Positions 45,181-55,807 of a DNA stretch of 64,000 nucleotides are shown in pieces. Below the pieces are notes generated by a model that made no database searches, was not told where the DNA came from, and saw only the letters and a list, made by a program, of their open reading frames with translations. The stretch spans positions 18,175 to 82,174 of the forward strand of contig CAZYBE010000006.1 of NCBI GenBank assembly GCA_964645765.1, read 5' to 3'. Position 1 is the first letter of the stretch, and every line of letters starts with the position of its first letter. The stretch is from an uncultured Eubacteriales bacterium (GTDB taxonomy: Bacteria > Acidobacteriota > Aminicenantia > Aminicenantales > Aminicenantaceae). The position numbers and the translations under genes are program-made.

Positions 45181-47758
45181 AAAATTGGATAACGACCTCT
45201 TTCCTTGAATAATCTCCCTCTTTGCCTTCAAATTTTATTTTAATCTTCTTCTCCAAACCTTGCTGCCGGATAACTTCGGCCTCCTTGAGCGAGACTAAGG
45301 AGCGGGGTGTGATAAGGTTCAGAATATAATCCTTCCCTCCCAACGCTTCAACCATAATCCGGAGTTGCTCATCGCTGAAGGTCGCTCGAATCACCTTCAG
45401 GCCAGAAGTCCGCTCCCCGATTTGAGGGAAATTCACAGGGGAGTCAATAAAAATACCCTTCTCGGTTATGACTTCCACCAGCGTCTTCGCTTTTATCTCA
45501 AGCTCTAACGCCAAGCAGACTTCGCCGCTTTTGTCTTCAAGACTGAAATTTCTTGCCTCTCCATTAACCTTCACCTCCTTCACCCGAGTTCCGTAACCCA
45601 ATGAGGGGGAAAAGAGGAGACGATAGGAAACTCCAACCTCAGCTTTAGGCTCGATTTGCAGGACAAGCCTAGCCTCAGAGCGCTGGAGGAGAAAATCAAA
45701 AATCTCATTTCCTATCCGAAAATTTCTGACACTGCATTCATCCCACCTTCCAGGAAGATTCGGCTTGAATTCAATCTCTCTTTTTAGAGCGCTTCCTCTT
45801 AATCCTAAAAGCCCTCTGACTGAGCAAGTGATGACCGGCGAAGAAGAGAAAATTTGATGAGGGACAGCTTCTTCGAGAGGCTTGAAAAACTCACCTGAGA
45901 AAAGCTCTGGGCAAAAACCCAAGGCGTTTATAAAAGTATTATAAGCCAAGCTCATAAGATGTGAAAACCCTGAGAAAGAGCGGCCATAATTATATTCTGC
46001 GACACAGACATATCCGGTGAGGAAAGGCCAGACCGAGCCGTAATTATAATTCAATGGGTCATAGTAAGTGCTCTTCGGCGAAAGAGACCTTACTCCCCAG
46101 TCTGTGCTCATCTCAGAGGAGGCAAAGAGGTCAAGGATGTCATCTGCCCTCTCCTGAGGAAACTGCCTGAAAAAAAGAGGCACTGAAGGCCAAACTGTTG
46201 TTTCCATTAGAGGCTTATCCTCTATGGTCACGGCATGGGCATATCGGCGCTCTTCCTCCACCCAGAATTTCTCGCGGACCGCTTGAATAGCCTTGTCAAA
46301 GGTCTTTTTTGCTTCCTGGGAAAGGGCTTTTTCCCCCATGAGCTGGGCAAGCTCTGAAAAGACATGATGCGCCTCGGCTGACAGGGCAGCCAGATATATA
46401 TCCGATTTTGTGCTTTTCAGAAAGGCCCCCAACTCCAGAGCTGCCAATCCAGCTGCAGTGTTTTCCATGAGGCCATCACCGTCTTTATCAGAAGAAAGAA
46501 CGTATTGGTACGCTTTTTTGAGCGACGTCCAGCTTTCTCTGATAAAGCTCAAATCCCCGGACCAATTGAGGTAATCACCCAAAGAAACAATATAGTAAGG
46601 AGTTGTATCCGCATGGTAAAAACCGTAAGGATAATCCTCAAACCAACGGATAAAGCCTGCCCCCTGAGATAGCTCGTGCATGACTTTCCCATCCTGCCGC
46701 TGGTTCGACCTGATAAAAGCCAATGCCTGCCGGGCGACATCAAACGAGCCGTAGCTGGTAATAGCCCAGGAATTGAAAAAAGCATCGCCTCCAAAAAACC
46801 AGTCAAAGCCCGGCCTCTCGCTCCTCCCGGAAAGGCCGTAGCCGGCCACCAGTCCGCATCCCAGTTGAGGATTGCAGACAAATGCCTCATCCACAGCTAC
46901 TTTGGCCCACTCGAAAGCTTGGTTCAATTTCTCATCCGGTGTCCGAAGGGAAAAATTCTCTTTTGCCAGCTTTTCAAAATGCTCGAACTTCTCGAGGTAA
47001 AGCTCCTTGAAATTTTTTCCAAGCCGAGAATAGAGCTCATCAGCCTTTGACCTACCTTCGTGGCTCGCGACGAAAAATATTGGATAAAATGTCCGCTTCG
47101 AGCCTTCAGGAGTAACCTTGATTTTTATCTTCATCTCTCCCTCTGGAAGGGCATGGGCTGGGCCTGCGGAAAATCTTTCACCTGCCGGACTCCCGACAAG
47201 AGCGACATTCTTTCTTGTCCCCTCTGAAAGAACAAAATATTTCTTCTCATCGTCCCAATAGCTATACTGGCCGCCTAAGCCTGCCGGCCACATGGGCTTC
47301 AGGTCAGGAGTAAAGCCGGCCACAACTGAGATGGGCTTGATGGTCTCGGCTGAAATGAGAATGACTGCCCCTGATTCCTTTAAAGGAGCAAAGAAAATTT
47401 CCTCTGCGGTGAAAGAGGAATGGGTGTAGCGAAGGATTGTTTGATGGGGATAAACATCAATCTTGGTTGCCAGTTGACTCCCCTCAATGATTTCATTCTC
47501 CTCTTCTGGGAAAAAATAAAGCTGAAAGTTATGAAGCACCTTGTAAGGGTAAATCCAGATTTCCAGATTTCCGCTTTCTGTTCCCAGGATGGCACTTTTC
47601 TGACCCACGCAGTCGAAATAAGCCCTGGGCTGAACAGCTCGTTCCAAATGAAGCTCTGAGCCCTGAAGTGGAAATTTTTCAATATAGGCTTGATCATTGC
47701 CTGAAGAAAAAATGGAGAGCAAGCAAAGAATTAATAAAAACAAGAAAATCCTTTTCAT
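45179..47758 (-). CDS. Secreted six-hairpin (alpha/alpha)6 glycoside hydrolase (GDE_C / GH63 / GH15-related)
   Basis: Start at MKRIFLFLLIL (RBS AAGGAGGG) is preferred over the longer ORF. Central region GFDWFFGGDAFFNSWAITSYG and DKDGDGLMEN are typical of six-hairpin glycosidases. Confidence 0.45.
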   Translation of the reverse strand: MKRIFLFLLILCLLSIFSSGNDQAYIEKFPLQGSELHLERAVQPRAYFDCVGQKSAILGTESGNLEIWIYPYKVLHNFQLYFFPEEENEIIEGSQLATKIDVYPHQTILRYTHSSFTAEEIFFAPLKESGAVILISAETIKPISVVAGFTPDLKPMWPAGLGGQYSYWDDEKKYFVLSEGTRKNVALVGSPAGERFSAGPAHALPEGEMKIKIKVTPEGSKRTFYPIFFVASHEGRSKADELYSRLGKNFKELYLEKFEHFEKLAKENFSLRTPDEKLNQAFEWAKVAVDEAFVCNPQLGCGLVAGYGLSGRSERPGFDWFFGGDAFFNSWAITSYGSFDVARQALAFIRSNQRQDGKVMHELSQGAGFIRWFEDYPYGFYHADTTPYYIVSLGDYLNWSGDLSFIRESWTSLKKAYQYVLSSDKDGDGLMENTAAGLAALELGAFLKSTKSDIYLAALSAEAHHVFSELAQLMGEKALSQEAKKTFDKAIQAVREKFWVEEERRYAHAVTIEDKPLMETTVWPSVPLFFRQFPQERADDILDLFASSEMSTDWGVRSLSPKSTYYDPLNYNYGSVWPFLTGYVCVAEYNYGRSFSGFSHLMSLAYNTFINALGFCPELFSGEFFKPLEEAVPHQIFSSSPVITCSVRGLLGLRGSALKREIEFKPNLPGRWDECSVRNFRIGNEIFDFLLQRSEARLVLQIEPKAEVGVSYRLLFSPSLGYGTRVKEVKVNGEARNFSLEDKSGEVCLALELEIKAKTLVEVITEKGIFIDSPVNFPQIGERTSGLKVIRATFSDEQLRIMVEALGGKDYILNLITPRSLVSLKEAEVIRQQGLEKKIKIKFEGKEGDYSRKEVVIQF

Positions 47759-47863
47759 CCTTTTCCCTCCTTGTTCAGGAAATGGGCTTAGGCCTATGCT
47801 CATTTATAATCCAGTGCAGGATGATTTTTCAATAATTAAAAATCCTTCATTTGAAAATTTTTT

Positions 47864-48032
47864 GGGAAATAGCCGCAGCGACCATTGAAGATTTAGCCTT
47901 CGACATTCGCTCTTCGAGGGAACCCGACGAAGTCGGGCGGCGAGGATGTCTGAGCGAAGCGAGTTCCGCAGCCGCCGAGAAGAGCGAATGGAGAATGGCG
48001 TTAAAAATCTGATTGGAGCGAGGCTATTTCCC
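47864..48032 (+). ncRNA. Candidate structured non-coding RNA / structured repeat, copy 2
   Basis: 11-bp terminal stem gggaaatagcc/ggctatttccc, hairpin cccgac-gaa-gtcggg, and the same 48-nt core as copy 1. Confidence 0.45.
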
Positions 48033-48125
48033 AAAAATAATATTTTTTCCTTGAATCATTGAGTTTTTTATGTCAATATCTTGCCTCATTTTAAATTAAT
48101 TCTCTTCTTCATCGGAGGCTGAACA

Positions 48126-49583
48126 ATGTCATCAGTATTTCAACAATTAAAGCCATCCCACCTCTGGAAACATTTCGAACAGATTCTCAAAATCCCTCAT
48201 TGCTCGGGCAATGAAAAAGCTTTGGGCGATTATATTGTCTCCACGGCCGAGCGTCTGAATTTGAGCTGCAAAAGAGATAAGGTCGGGAATGTCGTCGTCG
48301 CAAAAAAGGCGACACCCGGACATGAGAAGGCCGAACCTGTCATTCTCCAAGGACATATGGACATGGTCTGTGAAAAAAATTCCGAAGTTGTCCATGACTT
48401 CAACCAAGACGCCATAAAAGCCGAAATCAAAGGCGAATGGGCTCAGGCTAAAGGGACAACCCTTGGCTCTGACAATGGAATTGGCCTGGCCGCTTCTTTA
48501 GCAGCCATGGAAGACAAGAGTCTTGTCCACGGACCTCTGGAATTTTTGTTCACAGTGGACGAAGAAACAGGACTTACCGGTGCGAACAAGATAGAATCCG
48601 GCTTTCTTAAAGCGAAAAAACTTCTCAACCTGGACAGCGAAGATGAGGGAGCTTTCACCATCGGCTGTGCTGGTGGAGCTGACTCAGAAATCAGCTTCCC
48701 TTTGAAGAGGAAGACACGAAGCAGCCAAGAGCTCTATGGGCTTAAGATCCATGGCCTGAGGGGCGGACATTCGGGGCTTGATATCAATCAAGGCCGTGCC
48801 AACGCTATAAAATTGCTGGCGCGCATGCTCTGGCAAGCTTTGAAGAAATTTTCATTTGAATTGGTTCGAATGGAAGGAGGAAATAAAAGGAACGCCATCC
48901 CGAGGGAAGCATGGGCTGATTTGCTCTTAGAGCCGAACCAGATTCAAGACCTTTCCATCTTTCTCCGAAAAGCATTTGAAAAGATACAATTCGAATACAA
49001 GGCTGTGGAAAAGGAGGCCAAATTTTCTTTCGAAAAGTCAGACGGGGAAAAAGAAGGCCCTTTGACTCCAGAATCTCAGGCAAATCTCGTCAACCTCCTC
49101 TTCAGCCTTCCCCATGGAGTCATCGCTATGCACCCTGAGATAAAAGAGCTTGTGGAAACATCTACAAACCTGGCCATCATCCATACCTTTCAAGACCATG
49201 CCCAGATCATCTGCAGCAGCCGGAGTTCAGTCGCTTCATCTCTGGAAGCCACCAGGAATGCTATCACTGCCCTCTGTGAGCTTGGCAAAGCAAAAGTCAC
49301 TCAGCCTGAAGGATATCCTGGCTGGACGCCAAACCTCCACTCCCCTCTTCTCAAAACTTTGAAAGAAGTCTACAAAAAGACTTTTCAAAAGGAGCCGGAA
49401 GTCGTAGCTGTCCACGCCGGCTTAGAATGTGGAATCATAGGAGAAAAATTTCCCGGGATGGATATGATTTCTTTTGGCCCGACCATCGAGCATCCTCATT
49501 CTCCAGAGGAAAGAGTCCATGTTGGCTCTGTGGAAAAATTCTGGAAATTCCTGACCGCAGTTCTCTCTGAGTTGGCTACGTAG
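48126..49583 (+). CDS. pepD: Aminoacyl-histidine (Xaa-His) dipeptidase, M20C family
   Basis: HCSGNEKALGDYI and ILQGHMDMV metal-ligand motifs. 485 aa. Confidence 0.85.
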   Translation: MSSVFQQLKPSHLWKHFEQILKIPHCSGNEKALGDYIVSTAERLNLSCKRDKVGNVVVAKKATPGHEKAEPVILQGHMDMVCEKNSEVVHDFNQDAIKAEIKGEWAQAKGTTLGSDNGIGLAASLAAMEDKSLVHGPLEFLFTVDEETGLTGANKIESGFLKAKKLLNLDSEDEGAFTIGCAGGADSEISFPLKRKTRSSQELYGLKIHGLRGGHSGLDINQGRANAIKLLARMLWQALKKFSFELVRMEGGNKRNAIPREAWADLLLEPNQIQDLSIFLRKAFEKIQFEYKAVEKEAKFSFEKSDGEKEGPLTPESQANLVNLLFSLPHGVIAMHPEIKELVETSTNLAIIHTFQDHAQIICSSRSSVASSLEATRNAITALCELGKAKVTQPEGYPGWTPNLHSPLLKTLKEVYKKTFQKEPEVVAVHAGLECGIIGEKFPGMDMISFGPTIEHPHSPEERVHVGSVEKFWKFLTAVLSELAT

Positions 49584-49628
49584 GGAAGAGTTTTCAAACT
49601 CTAAAAAATTTAAATCCAAAAAAAAATC

Positions 49629-50198
49629 TTATTTTTTCAGCGCTTTAACGCCCCAGAGAGTCAGGGGAGGCGAGAAATATGACTCCATTCCCACAGTTCC
49701 TTCGGGAGTCAGCCGAATGCTTGCTTGTTCGTAGATTCTTCCCTTTCCCTCTCCCTTGTCGTTGATATCGAGCTCAATGACCATGAAGGGAAATCTGGCA
49801 TCTACCCTCTGCTGGGCCTCTACATCCCAGCTTTGCCTTGGGGTAAAGAGCAAAATTTTCCTTCCTTTGTCCGTCGGGATGCTGTGCGCGGCGTGAATGA
49901 CGATTTTCACACCGCGGCCGCCAATAGGTCTGAAAATCCCCTTATTCATCGCATTGAAGACGCTCATGAATGATTCATAACCTTCTTTGGAGAAGACTTC
50001 CTTTAAACGCGAGATTTCCTCGGCACTGGTGTAGCTGTCGATCGAAATCTCGAATTTCGTCGCCACTCCTGCTTTCGGTCCAGATTGCATGAGGAGCCTG
50101 GCTTCAAATTTCTCCTCGCACCAGATGACGGTGCTCAAACCCAGGCAGGCGGCCAGGACTATAAACACCAGGCGAATTTTCATCCTGCGTCTTTTCAT
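49629..50198 (-). CDS. Secreted hypothetical protein consisting only of the about 170-aa N-domain shared with the downstream outer-membrane protein
   Basis: Signal peptide. About 70% identity to the N-domain of 50292..51668; high nucleotide identity indicates recent duplication. Confidence 0.45.
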   Translation of the reverse strand: MKRRRMKIRLVFIVLAACLGLSTVIWCEEKFEARLLMQSGPKAGVATKFEISIDSYTSAEEISRLKEVFSKEGYESFMSVFNAMNKGIFRPIGGRGVKIVIHAAHSIPTDKGRKILLFTPRQSWDVEAQQRVDARFPFMVIELDINDKGEGKGRIYEQASIRLTPEGTVGMESYFSPPLTLWGVKALKK

Positions 50199-50291
50199 TT
50201 CGCACTCCTTTATAATGTCAATATCAGCGTGACTTTGAGAAGTCAGAAAATGCCGCCTTAAATATAGTCATGCGCGACATACGCTGCTCAT

Positions 50292-51668
50292 TCAGAATTT
50301 GAACCTCAAACCGGCCCAGATGCTAAGATTCCGCAAATCGAGCACGGCTTTGCGAGCACCGGCTGGTTCGTTTTCCAGAATAGCCAGCCTCGGCTGAGGC
50401 TCGCTTTCGAGGTAATAGAGCGCTCCTTCCCTTTTATAACCCACCACCACAGGATATCTCTGGAACGACTCCGAACCTTCGAACCCGTCGAGGCGGGCAT
50501 AGCGGCCCTGGGCCTCGATGAACAACGACACCTTAGGGTTCAGAGCTAATTCAAACACACCTCCGCCGTGAACGCCAAACCCCTGTCCTTTGGCGCTCTG
50601 ACCGAAGTCCTCTCTTTCATCCCCCATAAGGAGATTCAGGCTGAGCTTATAGTCTGCCTGATAGAGCCCGACCCCTCCATGGAGATAAAATGAAACCAGC
50701 CTGCCCAGCAGCAGCCAGTATGAAATCCCAAGTCTAACATGAATCGTCTGTAAATTGGGTGCGCTATTAAGATTGAAAAGCATACCAGGATTTTCATAGA
50801 AAACCAGAAGGTTCTCGGCATTCGCCCTCCCGGCACCGACCCCGAGGCTGACGCCGATTCGAGGCGTGACCTTATAGATGAGGTCGGCCGCAATCTCTAA
50901 TCCAGAGCTGAGAGACTGGGTCCGCTTATCGTCGATAGTGAGACCCTGAGCGGCAATGTCCTCGGCCCTCGCTTCGAATTCGCCTTGGCTTCCCCGCTTG
51001 AAATCTCCGCAGTCAAAGAAGCTCCCTCCGCCCGAGAGCTTCAAGCTGAGCCCGATGCCGCGGAATTTGCCTGTATCCTTTTCTCCAACATCCGGTTTCG
51101 GCTCGGCCAGCGCTCTAACCCCCCAGAGAGCCAGGGGAGGCGCGTTATACAAATCCATTCCTACAGTTCCTTCACCGGTCAAGGTGATGCTCACTTGTTC
51201 ATAGATTTTTCCCTTTCCCTTCCCTTTATGGCCAATGTCGAGCTCAATGAGCATGAAGGGAAATCTCCAATCTATTATCCGGGGAGCAGCCGCATCCCAG
51301 CTTTGACTTGGAGTAAAGAGCAGTATTTTCCTTCCTTTATCCGTCGGGATGCTGTGCGCGGCATGGATGACGATATTCACACCGAGGCCGCCGATAGGCT
51401 TAAAAATCCCCTTATTCATCCCACGGAAGGCGCTCATGAATGATTCATAGCCTCCTTGGGAGAAAACCTCCTTAAGCTGCGAGATTTCCTCGGCACTGGT
51501 GTAGCTCTCGATCGAAATCTCGAACTTCGTCGCCAGGCCTCCACTCGTTTCGAGTTCGGTGAGGAGTCTGGCTTCGAATTTTTCCTTGGCCAAAAGGAGA
51601 TTGCTCAAACCCAGGCAGGCGGCTACGGCCATGAAGCTCAAGCAACTTTTCATCATCCATCTTCTCAT
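50292..51668 (-). CDS. Outer-membrane beta-barrel protein with an N-terminal domain of unknown function (paralog of 49629..50198)
   Basis: Signal peptide, N-domain, Gly-rich linker, alternating-hydrophobic beta strands and terminal aromatic (GLRFKF). Confidence 0.5.
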   Translation of the reverse strand: MRRWMMKSCLSFMAVAACLGLSNLLLAKEKFEARLLTELETSGGLATKFEISIESYTSAEEISQLKEVFSQGGYESFMSAFRGMNKGIFKPIGGLGVNIVIHAAHSIPTDKGRKILLFTPSQSWDAAAPRIIDWRFPFMLIELDIGHKGKGKGKIYEQVSITLTGEGTVGMDLYNAPPLALWGVRALAEPKPDVGEKDTGKFRGIGLSLKLSGGGSFFDCGDFKRGSQGEFEARAEDIAAQGLTIDDKRTQSLSSGLEIAADLIYKVTPRIGVSLGVGAGRANAENLLVFYENPGMLFNLNSAPNLQTIHVRLGISYWLLLGRLVSFYLHGGVGLYQADYKLSLNLLMGDEREDFGQSAKGQGFGVHGGGVFELALNPKVSLFIEAQGRYARLDGFEGSESFQRYPVVVGYKREGALYYLESEPQPRLAILENEPAGARKAVLDLRNLSIWAGLRFKF

Positions 51669-51961
51669 TTCATCTCCTATCTAGACAAGAAATCTGAAAT
51701 TGAGGTTTTTGCAGAAAACCAAAGAAGCCTTGGCTATTGAGCAAGCCGTAATTTTCGACTGCGCTTTTTTGAGCAATTTTGCCGTCCCTCTATTAAAAAA
51801 TTGTAAATCATTACAAGTGGGGATGTCAATTGAAACAAGCGACGAACAGATAACGCGGGAGAAAAGCTCAAAGTCTACAATACATCTATTTGAAATCATG
51901 GCCTGAAAATTATATTATAAAAAATATAAACCTGTGGAGTAATTATGGAGGGAGGAAGACC

Positions 51962-52762
51962 ATGAAAAACAGAATGTTGCTTCTTCTGACCTTCGCTTTC
52001 TCTTTTATCCTTCTAGCGGCCGATTGGAGCTTCGGCCAGAGAGACTTCAACATGGCGGAGAGGAAGCTCGTCGATAAGTTTAAAATGGCTGATGCCAAAT
52101 TCCAGAAAGGCAAAGGGCTCTTCGTCAAGGAAAAATACGAGAAGGCTGAAATGGAGCTGAGAGCCTGCCTGGAAATCATGCCCGAACACGCCGATGCACT
52201 TTTTTTCCTTTCCCAGATTGATTACAAGAAAGGTGACTTTGAACAGGCTTTAGCCGATATCGAAAAAGCTAAAAGCAATTATGAATTTATCGGCCGATTG
52301 TATACCTTTACCCACCAGGAGCGCCTCGAGGCTCTTAGGGACGAGAAATTTAAGCTGGAAAACGATGTGATGAACCTTCAGACTGCGTTGAGCCGAATCA
52401 CCAGCCAAGAGGAGAGACAAAAGGTGCAAATGTCGATTGATAGAGTGAAAAATGATATTTCGGCCATAAACTTGCGCCTCAATGAGCCCATACCTCCTGT
52501 GCTTAAAACCCCGGCTGAATATTATTATTTTCACGGGAATATATTCTTCAAGTTGAAAAAATTCGAGGAGGCTCATGACCAGTATCTGGAAGCTATAAAG
52601 ATTGAGCCCAAACATGCCTCCGCTTACAATAACCTGATTAACCTGTACTATATGACCAAAAATTATGAACAGGCCCTCAAGTTTATCGACCAGGCAGAAG
52701 CCTCTGGCGTCAAGTTCAACCCCGAACTCAAAAAGGCCGTGCTCAAGGCCTTGGGGAAATAG
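51962..52762 (+). CDS. Secreted TPR-repeat protein
   Basis: Signal peptide MKNRMLLLLTFAFSFILLAA, then TPR units and a coiled coil. Confidence 0.5.
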   Translation: MKNRMLLLLTFAFSFILLAADWSFGQRDFNMAERKLVDKFKMADAKFQKGKGLFVKEKYEKAEMELRACLEIMPEHADALFFLSQIDYKKGDFEQALADIEKAKSNYEFIGRLYTFTHQERLEALRDEKFKLENDVMNLQTALSRITSQEERQKVQMSIDRVKNDISAINLRLNEPIPPVLKTPAEYYYFHGNIFFKLKKFEEAHDQYLEAIKIEPKHASAYNNLINLYYMTKNYEQALKFIDQAEASGVKFNPELKKAVLKALGK

Positions 52763-52828
52763 GGCATTCGGCTTCGACAAGAAACGAAGCTTCTTGAAGA
52801 ATAAAAGCGCTTCTTCTATAATGAAATA

Positions 52829-54904
52829 GTGAACAAAAAACGCTTTCTAATATTTATTCTTTTCTTTTCACTTTTTTTGACCTTCGCTCTCCTCGTCCCG
52901 GCACAGACAAAAAAATCACCCAAAGACCTCGCACCCAAGTACAGGAAATGGCTGCAAGAGGAAGTCGCCTACATCATCACGCCTAAAGAGAAAGCCGTCT
53001 TCCTGCAACTGGAAACAGATAAAGAAAGAGAAACCTTCATCGGAGCCTTCTGGAAAATACGCGACCCTGACCAAGGCACGCCGGAAAACGAATTTATGAA
53101 GGAACATTACCGCCGCATCAACTTCGCCAACCAGTACTTTGGAAAGGACTCGCCCGGCGAAGGCTGGCGAAGCGCTATGGGCAGGATTTATATCATTTTA
53201 GGGGAGCCCAACACTATCGACAGGTTTGAGAATCTTTCTGAAATCTACCCGACTATCATCTGGTATTATACCGGCAAGGCGGAATACGGTCTTCCCAATT
53301 CTTTCAGTGTCGTCTTCTTCAAAAGATCGGGCATCGGCGAATACGAACTTTACAGCCCAATCAAAGACCAGCCGCAGAGTCTCCTCATTCATTATAAAGG
53401 CGATATGACCGATTATCTCTCTGCCTATGAAGAGCTCCTCACTATCGAGCCTGCGGTCGCCCAAGTTTCTCTTTCCCTCATTCCTGGGGAGACTGCCCTT
53501 ACACCCCAACCTTCGATTGCTTCCGAAATCCTGGTCGCTAATAAAATCCCATCCGCTCCGCACCAGAAGGTGAAAGATGCCTACGCAGAAAAGCTTCTCA
53601 AGTACAAAGACTTCGTTGAGGTGGAGTACACGGCCAACTATATCGACAATGATTCTGAGGTGAGAATAATCCGGGATAATTCAGGCATGTCCTTTGTCCA
53701 CTATCTTATCGAGCCTGCGAAACTCACCTTTGAGAAAGTCGGCAACACATTCCGCTCCAACCTCGAGGTTAGCGGCAAAATTGCCGACCTCGGGGGGAAT
53801 GCAGTTTATCAGTATCAAAGAACAATTCCCTTCGAATTTGATAAGGAACAATTAGATAATATAAGAGCCAAGCTCTTCAGTTTCCAGGACATGTTTCCTC
53901 TCATCGAAGGAAATTATAAGTTCAATGTCCTCATAAAAAACACGGTCTCTAAAGAATTTACCTCCATAGAGAAAGACCTCTCTATCCCGCCTCCTTCCTC
54001 TCTTCAGATCAGCCCCCTCCTCCTGGCCAACAGAATTGTCAGGAATTCAGAATACACAGGAAAAAACAAGCCCTTCCTGATTGGAGACATCCAGCTTGTG
54101 CCGTCGCCGAGAAATGACTTCTCGAAAACAGACAAGCTCTATCTCTATTTCCAAATCCACGGTTTGCCGGACGACCTTCGAGAAAGAGGCACGTTAGAAT
54201 ACTCGATTCTCAAAGATGGAAATAGGGTTCATGGCCTGGTCAAGAACATAAAAGATTACCCAGACCAAGAAAATTTCTTTGAGGAATTTTCTCTGGCCGA
54301 CCTCATGGCTGCCTATTATAAAATAAAAGTTTCCGTGCTCGACGCGGAAGCGAAGGAAATCCTTTTCGAGCAGTCCGATTTTTTCATCTCCCACCTGCCT
54401 AATCTTCCGAGGCCTTGGGTTCTTTCCATCCCCCAGCCTTCTTCAGAAGACCCGTTTTACGACAACATCCTGGGAAACCAGCTTTTGAGCAAAAAAGACT
54501 TGGCCCAGGCCACGCGTCTTCTCGGCGACGCTTATCATAAAGCCCCGAATTCGAAAAAATTTGCTCTTGATTTCTGCCGTGCCCTCTTCCTCAACAAGAA
54601 CTACCAGAAGGTGAAAGAGGTGGCCTCTCCTTTCCTCAAAAACGAGGAGGAGAAGTACGAATTTTTGTCCATCATCGGTCAAGCCTCACAAGCCTTGGGA
54701 GAGCTCGCTGAGGCCATCGCCTATTATAAAGAGTATCTGGCTCATTACGGGGCATCTCTCTACATTCTCAATTCCATAGGTGACTGCTATTACCGTCTGG
54801 GCGATATCGAACAGGCCCTCATCGCCTACGAAAAGTCGCTGGAGATAAATCCCAAACAGGAAAAAATCAGAAAAATCGTTGACACCCTGAAGGCAAAAAA
54901 ATGA
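52829..54904 (+). CDS. GWxTD-domain protein with C-terminal TPR repeats
   Basis: Signal peptide. GEGWRSAMGRIYIILGEP matches the GWxTD(RG) domain signature loosely. N-domain paralogous to 54901..55803. Confidence 0.5.
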   Translation: MNKKRFLIFILFFSLFLTFALLVPAQTKKSPKDLAPKYRKWLQEEVAYIITPKEKAVFLQLETDKERETFIGAFWKIRDPDQGTPENEFMKEHYRRINFANQYFGKDSPGEGWRSAMGRIYIILGEPNTIDRFENLSEIYPTIIWYYTGKAEYGLPNSFSVVFFKRSGIGEYELYSPIKDQPQSLLIHYKGDMTDYLSAYEELLTIEPAVAQVSLSLIPGETALTPQPSIASEILVANKIPSAPHQKVKDAYAEKLLKYKDFVEVEYTANYIDNDSEVRIIRDNSGMSFVHYLIEPAKLTFEKVGNTFRSNLEVSGKIADLGGNAVYQYQRTIPFEFDKEQLDNIRAKLFSFQDMFPLIEGNYKFNVLIKNTVSKEFTSIEKDLSIPPPSSLQISPLLLANRIVRNSEYTGKNKPFLIGDIQLVPSPRNDFSKTDKLYLYFQIHGLPDDLRERGTLEYSILKDGNRVHGLVKNIKDYPDQENFFEEFSLADLMAAYYKIKVSVLDAEAKEILFEQSDFFISHLPNLPRPWVLSIPQPSSEDPFYDNILGNQLLSKKDLAQATRLLGDAYHKAPNSKKFALDFCRALFLNKNYQKVKEVASPFLKNEEEKYEFLSIIGQASQALGELAEAIAYYKEYLAHYGASLYILNSIGDCYYRLGDIEQALIAYEKSLEINPKQEKIRKIVDTLKAKK

Positions 54905-55803
54905 GAAAAGAATTAGGACTCCTGTTGCTATCCCTGACCCTGCTTTATGCCTGTTCCTCGGCTCAACTGGAAAAAAATCTAAACTCAGAAGAAAAAGAAT
55001 TTCTTTCCTATGTCCGCTACATCATTACCAGAGAAGAGCGAAAAGCCTTTCTTCGGCTTCCTCCCTCCGAAAGGAAAGCCTTCATCGAGGAATTCTGGAA
55101 GAGGAGAGACCCCAACCCTGAAACAGAAGTGAATGAGTACAAGGGCGAATTTTTCAAACGTATCGAAGAGGCCAAACATCTCTTCGGAGGGACTTCTGGC
55201 TGGCTTCAAGACCGGGGAAGAATTTATGTTCTTTTCGGGCCGCCCCATCAAAGGGAAGTTTACCCCCGGGGCATCGGCTTTTACGACCCGCCGTCGGAAA
55301 TCTGGTATTACGGTTTTTATCGCCTCATTTTCATCGACTACGGCTGGAATGGGAATTACCAGTTAGAGCCCCAGAGCGCGCAGCTCATCGCACAAATCAA
55401 CATCGCTCAGATAGGATTAAGGCCTAGAGTCGAGACAAAAAAAGAGAGAGCTTTATTCGACTTCGACCTCCAAATCCAAGAAAGCGCTGAACAGAAGCAC
55501 CTATGCCAGATTAAAGTCTCCTACAGAAACATCTGGCTCTCTGCCGAAGGGGATAATTTTCAAACAACCTTAGAAGTCGCTCTTACAGTTTTTGATTCCA
55601 AGGAAAAAAAAGTTTGGGAAGAAAAAATAAGCTATCCCATTTCTTTGAGTAAAGAAGACCTCAAGGGTTTGGCGGACAAAGATTATCTTATTGAAATCCA
55701 GCTCCCTCTTCGACCAGGAGCCTATCAATTGGAAGCTGTCGTAAAAAACATGACCGACGAAAGCCGTGCGACGAGAAAAATCAAATTGACCATTATTCCA
55801 TAA
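54901..55803 (+). CDS. GWxTD-domain lipoprotein
   Basis: Lipobox LLYAC. SGWLQDRGRIYVLFGPP. Confidence 0.55.
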   Translation: MRKELGLLLLSLTLLYACSSAQLEKNLNSEEKEFLSYVRYIITREERKAFLRLPPSERKAFIEEFWKRRDPNPETEVNEYKGEFFKRIEEAKHLFGGTSGWLQDRGRIYVLFGPPHQREVYPRGIGFYDPPSEIWYYGFYRLIFIDYGWNGNYQLEPQSAQLIAQINIAQIGLRPRVETKKERALFDFDLQIQESAEQKHLCQIKVSYRNIWLSAEGDNFQTTLEVALTVFDSKEKKVWEEKISYPISLSKEDLKGLADKDYLIEIQLPLRPGAYQLEAVVKNMTDESRATRKIKLTIIP

Positions 55804-55807
55804 CAGA

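Noticed and set aside
47759-47803. Longer start (MSIGLSPFPEQGGKR) for the six-hairpin glycosidase
   Set aside because: ATG at 47758 is preceded by AAGGAGGG and begins the signal peptide MKRIFLFLLIL.
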